A stretch of 64,000 nucleotides of DNA, from positions 100,157 through 164,156 of the forward strand of contig JBNLAH010000001.1 of assembly GCA_050302075.1 (NCBI GenBank), in the 5' to 3' direction. The notes beneath the pieces are model-generated. The model did not search any database and was not told the DNA's origin. It saw only the letters and a list, made by a program, of their open reading frames with translations. Shown here one piece after another: positions 1 through 10,644 of the stretch. Each line of letters starts with the position of its first letter. The stretch's first letter is position 1. The position numbers and the translations under genes are program-made. The stretch comes from Parachlamydiales bacterium (lineage in GTDB: Bacteria; Chlamydiota; Chlamydiia; Chlamydiales; SM23-39).

Positions 1-327
1 CCAGCTACCCTCTCATCCCAAATTATAAAAATTTTAAAAGATATAATGGGAGATGAGCCTTTAATCATCTCAGATGCATTAAATATGAAAGCTTTGGCAG
101 ATATAAAAGATGTGCCAATCACAGCTCATTTAGCAGGTATTGATATTTTGCTATATGGGGGACATAAAAAAGATGAGATAGACATAATTTTGAAAAGAAC
201 CGTCCCTGATGCCATTACATCCTTAATTGAGTATTACTTAAATAAAGATGCACCTCAAAAGCATCTAGACAGAAAGGTTCAAAAAATCAAGCGTTTATCA
301 ACTTTGAATAATCACCAACTTTTTTAA
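1..327 (+). CDS. Glycoside hydrolase family 3 (NagZ-like) protein, 3' part only
   Basis: Frame is open from base 1: PATLSSQIIKILKDIMG..LIISDALNMKAL..AGIDILL matches the GH3 PATLS and (T/S)DxLxM motifs. Confidence 0.8.
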   Translation, partial: PATLSSQIIKILKDIMGDEPLIISDALNMKALADIKDVPITAHLAGIDILLYGGHKKDEIDIILKRTVPDAITSLIEYYLNKDAPQKHLDRKVQKIKRLSTLNNHQLF

Positions 328-389
328 TAAAAAAATAGACAAAAAGCCCTAGGTTATTAAACTCCTATTAAAAAAATTAGGGGAGTTAA

Positions 390-809
390 ATGCAAGTCTC
401 AGCTCTAAGTGAAACTGACTGCCAAGTGATTAGAGAAGAAGTTACATTAGCAGCGCTAGAAACAACTTCTAATCTTGGAATATATGCAATGGGCATTATT
501 AGCTCAGTTCATATTTATTTCCTGTCATTATTTAATGAAAAAGAAAATGCTAGCAGTTATTTAGCATCTTACATACTGGGAACGATAAATTCATCATTCA
601 TGTTAATTGGGGGTTACGCTTCAACTACAGAAAAGACATGTGACATAGCACTTAGTTTTCTAGGCGGATTACAAAATCTAATTTTTGCAACCTCATGGAT
701 CACTTGTAATAAACATCATAAAGAAAACCTACTCTATTATTCATGGATTGCAGGAGCGATAAATTCCGTTTTGGCGATACCGTATGCAGGTTATAATCTG
801 CTTTTTTGA
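390..809 (+). CDS. Hypothetical multi-pass membrane protein, paralogue of 1112-1594
   Basis: 139-aa ORF, SD AGGGGAG, several hydrophobic segments, shared LGTINS motif. Confidence 0.7.
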   Translation: MQVSALSETDCQVIREEVTLAALETTSNLGIYAMGIISSVHIYFLSLFNEKENASSYLASYILGTINSSFMLIGGYASTTEKTCDIALSFLGGLQNLIFATSWITCNKHHKENLLYYSWIAGAINSVLAIPYAGYNLLF

Positions 810-1111
810 TAAGCTTTATAAAGCTTTGACAGTTCATTTATAAATGCTCTTAAAGACAGAAGTTTTGAAATAAGATTCATTAGTTAAAATTGACTAACTA
901 AATCTAAAAAGGTTTATCGTTAATGAAAACCACTTAGAAGTTTAGGGTTTTCAAGAAGTTGATTTGCATTAATTCAAATTGAGGTTTTCGTAAGGGGGTA
1001 TTGAGATAGTCATCAGTTAACTAATCAAGTTCCTAGAATTATAAGAGCATATCTGGTTTACAAAAAATGTATTATTTAAAAAAATGCCTCTAATTTATTT
1101 AAGGGGGTTAT

Positions 1112-1594
1112 ATGAATGTTTATGCGGTTTCCAGTGATTTAACAAACTCAATTAGTCATGCATCAGATGCTCTAGACTGTATGTCTGATACATCAACTAA
1201 AGTTTCAAATTTAACTTTAAATGTGATGGCTTTTATCGGCTTAACAAATTTATCTTTACTTAGAATACTAATAAAAAATAAAGGCAGGGATATAATATCT
1301 CGTGGTGAGGCATTGTTAAGTTCATTTGCACTTGGTACTATTAATTCTCTTTATTACATATTATCTAACAGTCAAGGGGCTGAAAGCACCTCAGCTGAAA
1401 ACTCAGAAGTAACAAATTATTTTGCACCAGCTCAAATATCTTTACTTACTATCTCTTTAGTTTTTCATTCACTTGGGAGAGATTCTTTTAATTTAATACC
1501 CACAGTTTGTATGCCAATTTCTTATTTAATGGGGGTTGGTAGTTCTTTATATGCGGTGGTAGATGCTCTAGCATACAACATCGGGATGAAATAA
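1112..1594 (+). CDS. Hypothetical multi-pass membrane protein, paralogue of 390-809
   Basis: 160-aa ORF, SD AAGGGGG, Ser/Thr-rich N-terminus, hydrophobic segments, LGTINS motif. Confidence 0.7.
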   Translation: MNVYAVSSDLTNSISHASDALDCMSDTSTKVSNLTLNVMAFIGLTNLSLLRILIKNKGRDIISRGEALLSSFALGTINSLYYILSNSQGAESTSAENSEVTNYFAPAQISLLTISLVFHSLGRDSFNLIPTVCMPISYLMGVGSSLYAVVDALAYNIGMK

Positions 1595-1604
1595 AAAGCT
1601 TTTA

Positions 1605-1640
1605 GAAAAAAAGAGCTCAATTAATGAGCTCTTTTTCTTT
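1605..1640. terminator. Bidirectional intrinsic terminator between convergent genes
   Basis: AAAAAGAGCTCA-attaa-TGAGCTCTTTTT inverted repeat with A and T tails, just after the dnaK stop. Confidence 0.85.
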
Positions 1641-1642
1641 GT

Positions 1643-3556
1643 TTAAGACTTTTTCTCGTCATCGACGATTTCAACATCAGCATCTTCTACAACTTCTTCT
1701 TTTTCATTAGAAGATTGCTTATTTGATTGAGCATTTGCTTCAGGAGTAGGACCTGCTCCTGTTTTTTGTAACTGCTCACCAATTTTTTGCATTGATGTTT
1801 GTAGTTCTTGCATTGCAGCTTTAATTGGCTCAGCGTCAGTTCCCTCAAGAGTTTTTTTCAAAGCATCAACTTTACCCTGTATTTCAGACACAACATCTTT
1901 TGGAAGTTTATCTTTAAATTCATCTAAAGATTTCTGAGCTCTGAATGCTAAAGCGTCAGCTTCATTCTTAACTTCAATTTGCTCTTTTCTTTTTTTATCT
2001 TCTTCAGCATGAGATTCAGCCTCTTGAATTTTAGCTTTGATCTCATCTTCAGAAAGACCAGATCTGGCTTCAATTTTTATTTTCTGTTCTTTCCCAGACT
2101 GCTTGTCCTTAGCTGAAACGCTTAATATACCATCAGCATCTAAGTCAAAAGCGACTTCAATTTGTGGAGTTCCTCTAGGTGCTGGAGGTATATCAGTTAG
2201 GTCAAACCTACCGATCTCTTTGTTGTCTTTTGCCATTGGCCTTTCACCTTGTAAGACTACAATAGTTACAGCTGGTTGATTATCTGCTGCGGTTGAAAAG
2301 ATCTGCTTTTTTTGTGCAGGGATTGTAGTGTTTCTTTCAATTAGGGGAGTCATTACACCACCTAATGTCTCAATACCAAGCGTTAGTGGAACAACATCTA
2401 AAAGTAAGATATCTTTTACATCACCTCCAATAATTCCACCTTGAATTGCTGCACCTGATGCAACAGCTTCATCTGGATTGACACCTTTATGAGGATCTTT
2501 ACCAAAAATTTCTTTTACTTTTTCTTGTACATATGGCATACGTGTCATACCACCTACTAAAATGACTTCGTCTATTTCAGAGGCATTAAGACCTGCATCC
2601 TTCAAAGCTTTTTGACAAGGTTCGATAGTTCTTTCTACTAAGTCATGGCAAAGGCTCTCGAACTTTGATCTTGTAAGCGTTAATGATAAGTGCTTAGGAC
2701 CAGAGGCATCCATCGTGATGAATGGTTGGTTGATCTCGGTAGACTGAGTACCAGAAAGTTCTACCTTTGCCTTTTCAGCCGCATCACGAAGTCTTTGCAG
2801 CGCCATTTTATCTTGAGATAAGTCAATGCCGTTTTCTTTTTTAAACTCATCTAAGATCCAATTGATAATAGCAATATCAAAGTCATCTCCACCTAAATGT
2901 GTATCACCATTAGTAGATAATACTTCAAAAACGCCATCTCCAATCTCTAAGATTGAAATATCAAATGTACCACCACCTAAGTCATATACAGCTATCTTTT
3001 TGTCACTTTGCTTGTCTAATCCATATGCTAAGGCGGCAGCTGTTGGCTCTGGGATGATTCGCTTGACCTCAAGTCCTGCAATTCTACCTGCATCTTTAGT
3101 TGATTGTCTTTGAGAGTCATTAAAGTATGCTGGAACAGTGATTACAGCTTCGGTCACCTTTTCACCTAGATAGCTTTCTGCAGTTTCCTTCATCTTTATA
3201 AGGATTTGAGCTGCAACTTCCTCAGGTGATATAAGCTTGCCATCAACTTCAAATACAGCATCACCGTTTTTTTCAGTTACCTTATACGGAACAGTTTTGA
3301 TCTCTGACTGTACTTCATCAAACTTACGGCCAATAAAGCGCTTAGTTGAAGATAAAGTTTTTTCAGGGTTTGTAACTGCTTGTCTTTTTGCTGGCACGCC
3401 AGCTAAGCGTTCACTTCCTTTGTAAGATATAACAGAAGGAGTTGTTCTTGTACCTTCTGCATTGGCAATAACTTTAGCAGATCCACCTTCCATGATGGCG
3501 ACGCAGGAATTTGTGGTTCCTAAGTCAATCCCAATAATTTTATTTTTATTGCTCAT
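1643..3556 (-). CDS. dnaK: Chaperone DnaK (Hsp70)
   Basis: [19 protein letters not shown] and DLGGGTFD motifs; start placed at MSNKNK. Confidence 0.99.
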   Translation of the reverse strand: MSNKNKIIGIDLGTTNSCVAIMEGGSAKVIANAEGTRTTPSVISYKGSERLAGVPAKRQAVTNPEKTLSSTKRFIGRKFDEVQSEIKTVPYKVTEKNGDAVFEVDGKLISPEEVAAQILIKMKETAESYLGEKVTEAVITVPAYFNDSQRQSTKDAGRIAGLEVKRIIPEPTAAALAYGLDKQSDKKIAVYDLGGGTFDISILEIGDGVFEVLSTNGDTHLGGDDFDIAIINWILDEFKKENGIDLSQDKMALQRLRDAAEKAKVELSGTQSTEINQPFITMDASGPKHLSLTLTRSKFESLCHDLVERTIEPCQKALKDAGLNASEIDEVILVGGMTRMPYVQEKVKEIFGKDPHKGVNPDEAVASGAAIQGGIIGGDVKDILLLDVVPLTLGIETLGGVMTPLIERNTTIPAQKKQIFSTAADNQPAVTIVVLQGERPMAKDNKEIGRFDLTDIPPAPRGTPQIEVAFDLDADGILSVSAKDKQSGKEQKIKIEARSGLSEDEIKAKIQEAESHAEEDKKRKEQIEVKNEADALAFRAQKSLDEFKDKLPKDVVSEIQGKVDALKKTLEGTDAEPIKAAMQELQTSMQKIGEQLQKTGAGPTPEANAQSNKQSSNEKEEVVEDADVEIVDDEKKS

Positions 3557-4229
3557 CTTGTTTCTCCTTTTCATTATTTTCTAATTCTTCGCCTTTGACA
3601 GGGATATTTTTAGCAACTTTAACTTGTGCTGGTCTAATGGTCCTTGTTGCACTCTTATATCCTTTAGCAAACTCTTCTAAGATAATAGAATCTTCTGCTT
3701 CATCTGTTTCTATAATCTCTACAGCTTCATGGTAATGCGGATCAAAACGATTTCCAACAGAGTGGAAAGCGACTATTCCATGGTTGTATAAAACCTCTTT
3801 TAAAGATGATAAAATCATCTGGAACCCGGAAGCCCAGTTTTTTACTTCATCAGAGGCCTTGTCAGCAAATTGAAGCGCTTTTTCAAAATTATCTAAAGAA
3901 GGTAAAAATTCTCCAATAGCATTTTCAATTGCAAACTTAATTGATTCTTGTTTTTCTTTTTGCATTCTTTTGCGAGTGTTCTCAAGCTCAGCTAGAGTTC
4001 TAAGATATTTATCTTTATAATCGGTTTCTTTTGCTGTAGCTTCAATCTGTTTGTCCATCTCTGCTAAAAGTTTCTTTAATGCATCCCAGTCATTTTTTTT
4101 TGCGTTTTTTAATTCATCGATCTTATTTTGGAACTTACCTTCGGTTTTACTATTGCTCTCTTCTAACTCTTCTATTGCCTCTAACCAATCTTTTTCATCT
4201 TGTGTTTGGTTTGTAGCTTCTTTTTCCAT
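3546..4229 (-). CDS. grpE: Nucleotide exchange factor GrpE
   Basis: [23 protein letters not shown] and IRPAQVKV motifs; lies between hrcA and dnaK. Confidence 0.97.
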   Translation of the reverse strand: MEKEATNQTQDEKDWLEAIEELEESNSKTEGKFQNKIDELKNAKKNDWDALKKLLAEMDKQIEATAKETDYKDKYLRTLAELENTRKRMQKEKQESIKFAIENAIGEFLPSLDNFEKALQFADKASDEVKNWASGFQMILSSLKEVLYNHGIVAFHSVGNRFDPHYHEAVEIIETDEAEDSIILEEFAKGYKSATRTIRPAQVKVAKNIPVKGEELENNEKEKQDEQ

Positions 4230-4243
4230 AATTCTCCTTCTTA

Positions 4244-5404
4244 TTACTGATTTTTTCTTTGATCTTCCAATAAAATGGACGGATCTTTTTTGATTTTCTC
4301 ATAGGACATTGAATCAGAGGGCTGGCGGTATTGAATTTTGTATTTGAAAATGCTAGAAGTTAAATTTTCGCTTAAGTAGTGACTAAATACCCTCAAAATT
4401 CCAAACATGTTTCGGTATGACATCCTAGTAGGTCCAAGTATTGCAATTGCTCCTACTGGAATTTGATTGATATAGTAGGGGATTGATATTAGTGCACACT
4501 GAGCATTTTGCAGGGAGGTCTTTGTTTTCAGATCATTTCCAATCCAATACTTTAATTTATTTTCTTTCACTGACTCTCTTAGAAAATGTTGTTTTAAAGA
4601 TTCGTCTTCTAAAATAGCCAGTCCATTATATAGATTCGTTGCATCCGAGAATTCTTGATAGTTGAGCAGTCTTGATAACCCAGCTTGCATAGTATCTTCT
4701 TTAAAAAAATATGCATAGCTTGCTATATGTCTCACAACTATCTCATTATATAAACGCTGTGCCCATTTAGCATCAGACTCATAAGTAAAAGTAGGTTTTA
4801 TAGGGTTTTTACTCATCCGCCATAAGAAATAATTTCTCAGAGAGTCAAGATCTTCAATTTTATCTGTCGTGTATAAAATCTCAGTTTTTACGATACCAAA
4901 ACTAGTTACAAGTGCACATAAAAGTCGATTGTCATCAATCGAAATTAATTTTATATCTTCAATTAAATCTTGGTCAAAACGGGGTGCAGAAATAAAAGTA
5001 GCTAGATTGGTTATTCTGCTTAGTTCCTCAATAGCACCTTGTAAATACTTGTTTATTTCTTTGGTGTCTTTTTTTAACAGATCCTTTAGAGCTTTTTCAT
5101 GCTTGTCATCAACCATCCCTTGATTCAAATATGACTCAGCATAGAATCGAAAAGCTTTGTTTGTTGGAACTCTTCCTCCAGAAATGTGCTGCTGTTGCAG
5201 ATATCCTTGGTTTTCTAATTTTACATAGTAGTTTCGGATTGTAGCAGAACTCATTGATGGGAAGCCATTTTCTTTCAGTGTGTTAGATCCAATCGGCTTT
5301 CCAGTCTTCAAATAAAGGTCTACTAGACCTAAAAGGACTTTGTTTTCCCGTTCTTTTTTCGGAGGTTTTAGTCGAGTTTGCTGATCTAAAGCTTTATCTT
5401 TCAT
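4244..5404 (-). CDS. hrcA: Heat-inducible transcription repressor HrcA
   Basis: PIGSNTL..SSATIRN..GRVPT and ILGPTRM motifs; first gene of the operon. Confidence 0.97.
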   Translation of the reverse strand: MKDKALDQQTRLKPPKKERENKVLLGLVDLYLKTGKPIGSNTLKENGFPSMSSATIRNYYVKLENQGYLQQQHISGGRVPTNKAFRFYAESYLNQGMVDDKHEKALKDLLKKDTKEINKYLQGAIEELSRITNLATFISAPRFDQDLIEDIKLISIDDNRLLCALVTSFGIVKTEILYTTDKIEDLDSLRNYFLWRMSKNPIKPTFTYESDAKWAQRLYNEIVVRHIASYAYFFKEDTMQAGLSRLLNYQEFSDATNLYNGLAILEDESLKQHFLRESVKENKLKYWIGNDLKTKTSLQNAQCALISIPYYINQIPVGAIAILGPTRMSYRNMFGILRVFSHYLSENLTSSIFKYKIQYRQPSDSMSYEKIKKDPSILLEDQRKNQ

Positions 5405-5430
5405 AATGTCTTTAATACAGTTTATGCCTA

Positions 5431-5459
5431 ATTATAACAAAAAAGGTTACCGCACACAA
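5431..5459 (-). promoter_or_regulatory. sigma70/66-type promoter of hrcA-grpE-dnaK
   Basis: TTGTGT-17 nt-TATAAT on the minus strand. Confidence 0.7.
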
Positions 5460-5465
5460 GAGTTT

Positions 5466-5492
5466 TTAGCAATCAAGCTTCTTGATTGCTGA
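5466..5492. promoter_or_regulatory. CIRCE operator (HrcA binding site)
   Basis: TTAGCAATC-N9-GATTGCTGA versus consensus TTAGCACTC-N9-GAGTGCTAA, directly upstream of the hrcA promoter. Confidence 0.93.
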
Positions 5493-5536
5493 ATTTTTAG
5501 GCATTTCATTGAAAAACAGATATTTAAGATAAGAGA

Positions 5537-8500
5537 TTACTCTTTTTCACCTGTGATTTTTGGATCTTGGGCAATTAGTGGTAGCACGTCGACAATGCTA
5601 GGAGACCAGTCGGTTCCTCTTGTGTAAACCAAGTTAGATGCAATATGACAGGCTATGATGGCTTTCTTGTGGATTTCAGGGACATTTTCAATTATTTTAT
5701 TTATTTTACGGAGACTTTTAGGGCAGTAAACCAGTAAACATTTGATTAAAGGATCCTTTGGGTTGGTTGATAATGTTTCCATGTCTAAGAAATCTAAAAG
5801 CTCATATTTATAGTCATTTATTTTTTCAGATATTAAATCAGATATCTCTGTGAGATAAGCATTTTTTTTCTGATAATTGTGCAGTAGAAGTCTGGCTTCA
5901 TTTAAAGCTGCATTTTTTATTATTTCTAAAATCTCTGATACTAGAATGTTTTTTTGATCTATGAATTCTTGTTCAGATAATATAAGACAAGACAAAACTT
6001 CAAATGAGGAACAAATTACACCACCCTTATTACAAGAGCTATCTTTTATAATGATAACTCCCAAGTCTTCCAGGCTTTTTCTAGCGCTTTCAGTAAGGTA
6101 TAAATTGGCTCCTTCAATAATTGCCTTAGAAGTTGGGATGCCTTCAGGATCTAGAAATTCTTCATAATTTGAGGAGTTTAATGTTCTAGGTCTTCCTCCA
6201 GCTGGTATGAAAATATCAGTTTTGGTCTTGTGTACATTATAGCGAAATAAGTGTTGCATTTCGCTACCTGATAGCCATTTTTTTACTAGTTCATTTCTTT
6301 CTTTTTTCCAGCAAAGAGTTTGTGTGATATATGCTGTTGGTTCTTTTTTTGTTTTTAGGTCCAGTAAAAAGCCATTTTCATTGAGTTTCTCAGGTGGGTA
6401 AAATCTAATTGATTTACCTTCATTGAAGAGCTTTACAAGCTCTTTTAAATCGAGTCCTTCCGGATCATATATAGTTCCTGATATATCAGTTAAAGCTAAT
6501 ACTTTTGCTGTTTCTGGAAAATCTTTGTAGAGATTCAAAAGCTGGTTCCCTGCCACATCTCCATCGGGTCCACCTGAAATTTTAATGGTAAACTGGTCTT
6601 TTTTTGGATTTATTCCCAAAAATATAAGAACCTGTTCCATATAAACGTTAACACCTAGTGAAGTAACTCCATATTCTTTGTGGTTGATTCCTAGAGAAGG
6701 CTTGCTTGAAATAAAAGATTTACCAATTTTGTAGCCGTGCTTTTCGCTATGTGATGCAATCCACTCAATGATTTCATTATGCATGTTTTCATCAGGACCT
6801 AAGTAAATGAACTCAGCTCTGTTCCAGTAATCTACAATGTTTTTTGACTTTAATCTACCAGAATCATCACAATTTATTATTGTTAAAAAGCTGTTAACAA
6901 AAGATCTTTGAGCTTGATACAGAAACTCTTTTTTCTGCTTTTTTTTGTATTCTTTGATTTTTTCTTCTATATCACTCGCTTCTACACCCGCATTTTTTAG
7001 CTCTCTTTTAAATATATCAATTTCATAGGATATTTTTTCAAAAGGATCTAATAAAATAACTGCTTTTGATCCTCCCTCAGGGATATCTTTATTTTTCTTC
7101 TGCTGTGTATAAGCTAAATTATAACATTCTAAGAAAACTGTATTTCTCTCAGCTACAACCTGTTCTTGTTTTTCAGGTGCTACTGTCCTAAGTCCGCCTC
7201 TAGCAAGATCTTTAAACCTGATGTGAAAGCCTATGAATTGCATTCCTTTAACAAAAAATATGCCAAAAGGAAGTTCGGGAAAAATGCTTTTACGGTCATA
7301 TGGAATATTATCTAAATATCTAGGATCGAGCCTAAAGCTTAAAGATGTTTTATTTGCCCTATAAAAATTTGTCTTAAGGGTGTGTTCAATAAAGTTTATA
7401 GCTTGAAATAAGATATTTTTCCTTCTTCGATCATATGTTGCATGCCCGGTATCTAGCGCCTCAATTGATTTTTCTACTACTTTTTTTTGCCTCTCATATT
7501 TTTCTATATCATGCCCTTTAGGGTCAAATTTCAGTTGAAAAATATCGCATATAGATACAGTTAGCTCTGGATGTCTACATAATCCTTCGTCGATATTTCC
7601 TAGTGAATATTGATATGGGTCATCATGGACTAGGACTTGATGGACGAAACTTGAAATAGATCTTAGTAGGTTAGCCATGTTTCCTGTAATCAATCTTGGA
7701 CTTACAAAGGTTTTTTCGAATATGTCAAACCCTTCAAAATATTTCAAAGTGACAAGCTCCCTTAAAAATTCAGAGATGTCAGCTTCATCCCAAGCTGCCT
7801 TTCCTGACTGGCCATGAATTGCAATGGACATGATTAATATGCTGTTTGTACTATTGGGATCAACATAAGTTGCTACCATTTTTTGCATATCAAGGTTGTA
7901 TCTAAAAATTGTTTGGGCTAGGCGATATAGGAAATAGTATTTTGGGACATTTTTCCATGCTAGGACAATTCTAACTGAAGGTTTGTTGTTTTCAGCCCAG
8001 TTTTCATCATAGATAACTTCATACTGACAATGATCTCGAGTTTTTGCTCTGAAAAACATATTTAAGGCAATTGTAAGTCTTTCAGCTGTCATTGACCTCA
8101 AAAATCTGATGTCCATACTTTTAAGTAGGAGGTCAAATTCCTGGCGATTTACATCGGTATTTCGCAATCTTATTAATTCAAACAGCTCCTCTTTTCTATT
8201 TTCTGACAGAGCCTCTTTTGAAGGGTATTCCATCTCAGTGAAATAGATAATTGCTATTCTAAGATTGGAGGTCATTCCAGGAATTGGAAGCGGTTGATTT
8301 GACACGAAAGTTCTATAATAACGAATTCCATGCATTCCAAAATTTTTCAAGATAGTTAGATCTGCTGTTGGACTGTCATTGCACATGACTATCGCGCTAT
8401 TTTTTAAATGAATATTGGCAAAAAATTCTTGTAGATGGAAGCTTATTAGGTTATGGGTAATTAAAAGAAGATTTTCATGACTTATCTCTTCAAAAAAGGC

Positions 8501-8611
8501 ATTTGACATGTGATTTTCCAGCCAAAGATAGAACTGCTTAAATTTCTGGCTTTCATTGGCTATAGCCTTTTCTAGTTCTTTTTCTGATAAACCAAACCTT
8601 CTTTGCGGCAT
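5537..8611 (-). CDS. Large NAD-specific glutamate dehydrogenase
   Basis: ARGGLR, KNKDIPEGGSK, LGPDEN, HKEYGVTS, GGPDGDVAGN and IIEGANL motifs; 1024 aa. Confidence 0.92.
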   Translation of the reverse strand: MPQRRFGLSEKELEKAIANESQKFKQFYLWLENHMSNAFFEEISHENLLLITHNLISFHLQEFFANIHLKNSAIVMCNDSPTADLTILKNFGMHGIRYYRTFVSNQPLPIPGMTSNLRIAIIYFTEMEYPSKEALSENRKEELFELIRLRNTDVNRQEFDLLLKSMDIRFLRSMTAERLTIALNMFFRAKTRDHCQYEVIYDENWAENNKPSVRIVLAWKNVPKYYFLYRLAQTIFRYNLDMQKMVATYVDPNSTNSILIMSIAIHGQSGKAAWDEADISEFLRELVTLKYFEGFDIFEKTFVSPRLITGNMANLLRSISSFVHQVLVHDDPYQYSLGNIDEGLCRHPELTVSICDIFQLKFDPKGHDIEKYERQKKVVEKSIEALDTGHATYDRRRKNILFQAINFIEHTLKTNFYRANKTSLSFRLDPRYLDNIPYDRKSIFPELPFGIFFVKGMQFIGFHIRFKDLARGGLRTVAPEKQEQVVAERNTVFLECYNLAYTQQKKNKDIPEGGSKAVILLDPFEKISYEIDIFKRELKNAGVEASDIEEKIKEYKKKQKKEFLYQAQRSFVNSFLTIINCDDSGRLKSKNIVDYWNRAEFIYLGPDENMHNEIIEWIASHSEKHGYKIGKSFISSKPSLGINHKEYGVTSLGVNVYMEQVLIFLGINPKKDQFTIKISGGPDGDVAGNQLLNLYKDFPETAKVLALTDISGTIYDPEGLDLKELVKLFNEGKSIRFYPPEKLNENGFLLDLKTKKEPTAYITQTLCWKKERNELVKKWLSGSEMQHLFRYNVHKTKTDIFIPAGGRPRTLNSSNYEEFLDPEGIPTSKAIIEGANLYLTESARKSLEDLGVIIIKDSSCNKGGVICSSFEVLSCLILSEQEFIDQKNILVSEILEIIKNAALNEARLLLHNYQKKNAYLTEISDLISEKINDYKYELLDFLDMETLSTNPKDPLIKCLLVYCPKSLRKINKIIENVPEIHKKAIIACHIASNLVYTRGTDWSPSIVDVLPLIAQDPKITGEKE

Positions 8612-8646
8612 TTAGATAGGCCATTATCGACCCCTCCCCTAAATGT

Positions 8647-8676
8647 AGTATATAACTAAAATTATTTTTTTAACAA
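8647..8676 (-). promoter_or_regulatory. Probable promoter upstream of the glutamate dehydrogenase gene
   Basis: TTGTTA-18 nt-TATACT followed by SD AGGGGAGGGG. Confidence 0.5.
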
Positions 8677-10644
8677 ACGAAGGCTGTTAATTCCAACAAT
8701 TACTGTGCCTCCTTCATGTAAGATCACAGCAAGCCATAGTGGAATAAAGCCTAAAAGTGCGGGGGTTGTAGCGAGTAAGATAACACTTAAAGCTAAAATT
8801 AGGTTTTGTTTTACAATTTTAATTGTCTTATGAGATTTTCCAATCAACCAGTCGATTAGGAATAAATCATCATTTAGTAAGACAACATCAGAAGCATCAA
8901 CGGCTGTAGCACTCCCAATTTTACCAAGTGATATACCAATGGTAGCCCTAGCTAAAGCGGGCGCATCATTTATTCCATCACCTACCATTGCCAGTCCTTT
9001 TTTTTCTGATAATGAGGCCACTAGGTTCAGTTTGTCTTCAGGCCTTAAATCAGCAAAGACTTGGTTGATTCCAATCATTTTAGCAACTGAGTTAGCGCTT
9101 AACTGATGGTCTCCTGTGAGCATCACAGGGGAGAGTTGTCGCTTTTCGTTAATTAAAGTTATTAGCTCTTTTGTTTTTGAGCGGACTGTATCTTTCATTC
9201 GAATTACGTAGACTGATTTATCTATTATACAAGTTGCGATAACATACCCTTCTAAGTTGAGTTCTTTTATCTTTTGATCCATCAAATTCTTTAAATCATC
9301 TGGCAATAGTGACCTTATAAATGAAGAAAGCCCTATAGCGACCTGTAGTTTTTCATTGTTTAGGGTAATGCTTCCTCTTAGCCCAAATCCTGCTTTGGAT
9401 TCAAAATCATTTATATCTATTTGCTTAAGCTGATTTTTCTGGGCATATCCAGTGATCGCGGCAGAAATTGGATGGATTACGTGCCTTTCTAAAGAAGCTG
9501 CAACCGATAAGGCAAAGTTACTATCTTGAATGTCACCAAAAAGGTAGTTTATCTCTGAAATACTAAGTTCTCCAGTTGTTAGAGTTCCAGTTTTATCAAA
9601 AGCAATTGTTTTACAAGATGCTAGCGCATCTAAAGTAACTCCGCCTTTTAATAAAATTCCCTTTTTAGCACATGAGCTGATTGAGCTTAAATAAGCAGTA
9701 GGGGTTGCTATAATCAAGGCGCAGGGCGATGCTGCGATCATAAAAGCCAAAGCCCTGTATAAAGAGCCTTCATTTCCCCAAAATCCGATAGAAAGTAACC
9801 ATGGGAGGATAGCTGTAAAAGCAACAGTTAAGATAATAACCGTTGAAGCATATACTTTGCCAAATTTATCTAGCCACCTTTGAAGCTTAGGTTTCGACTC
9901 TTGAGCATGGGTTATAAGCTGGATTATTTTACTCAATGTTGAATCGGCGCTAATTCTAGTTACTTGAATAGTTATTGCTGACTCTAAGTTTTTTGCACCG
10001 GCTGGTACTTCATCTTGAGGTTTTTTTATGACAGGGGCGCTTTCTCCAGTCAAGTGCACTAAGTTAACTGAAGATAATCCTTCTATGACAACGCCATCAA
10101 GTGGGACTATCTCGTTTGCCTTAATCAACAACTTAGTTCCGACAGGAATTTCTTTGACAGATCGTTGATATGTTGAACCATCATCATCAACTACCCAGGC
10201 CATAGTAGGCGCAAGCTCATTCAGCTTATGAAGTGCTCCTCTTGCTTTAAATGTAACGCTTTCTTCCATGGCTCCCGATAGCTCAAATAGTACTAATAAA
10301 AGAGCTCCTTCTATAGCATTACCTATTAAAACTGCCATAAAAGCAGCTAAAGTCATTAAAACGTCAATATTAATTTCAAATGATCTAAAGTCTTTAAATG
10401 TTTTGATTAAAGCAGGAATTCCAGCTAAGAAATAGACAAAAGTCAAGAAAAGATAGGATAATGGTAGTATTGAAAATGAAAATACAAAGGCAACAGCTAA
10501 AAATATAGCACTAACAGCGGCTGATTTTACGCCTAGATTTTTACTCCAAGTCTTTGACTTTTCTGTGAGAAAAGGACTCGTGCTTTCCTGAAGCCCAGAA
10601 GCAAAAAATTCATCAAATGTATATGGCTCGAAGTTTCCTTTCAT
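8662..10644 (-). CDS. Heavy-metal P-type ATPase, P1B-4 subtype
   Basis: TGES, SPC, DKTGTLT, GDGINDAP and HEGGT motifs. Confidence 0.95.
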   Translation of the reverse strand: MKGNFEPYTFDEFFASGLQESTSPFLTEKSKTWSKNLGVKSAAVSAIFLAVAFVFSFSILPLSYLFLTFVYFLAGIPALIKTFKDFRSFEINIDVLMTLAAFMAVLIGNAIEGALLLVLFELSGAMEESVTFKARGALHKLNELAPTMAWVVDDDGSTYQRSVKEIPVGTKLLIKANEIVPLDGVVIEGLSSVNLVHLTGESAPVIKKPQDEVPAGAKNLESAITIQVTRISADSTLSKIIQLITHAQESKPKLQRWLDKFGKVYASTVIILTVAFTAILPWLLSIGFWGNEGSLYRALAFMIAASPCALIIATPTAYLSSISSCAKKGILLKGGVTLDALASCKTIAFDKTGTLTTGELSISEINYLFGDIQDSNFALSVAASLERHVIHPISAAITGYAQKNQLKQIDINDFESKAGFGLRGSITLNNEKLQVAIGLSSFIRSLLPDDLKNLMDQKIKELNLEGYVIATCIIDKSVYVIRMKDTVRSKTKELITLINEKRQLSPVMLTGDHQLSANSVAKMIGINQVFADLRPEDKLNLVASLSEKKGLAMVGDGINDAPALARATIGISLGKIGSATAVDASDVVLLNDDLFLIDWLIGKSHKTIKIVKQNLILALSVILLATTPALLGFIPLWLAVILHEGGTVIVGINSLRLLKK

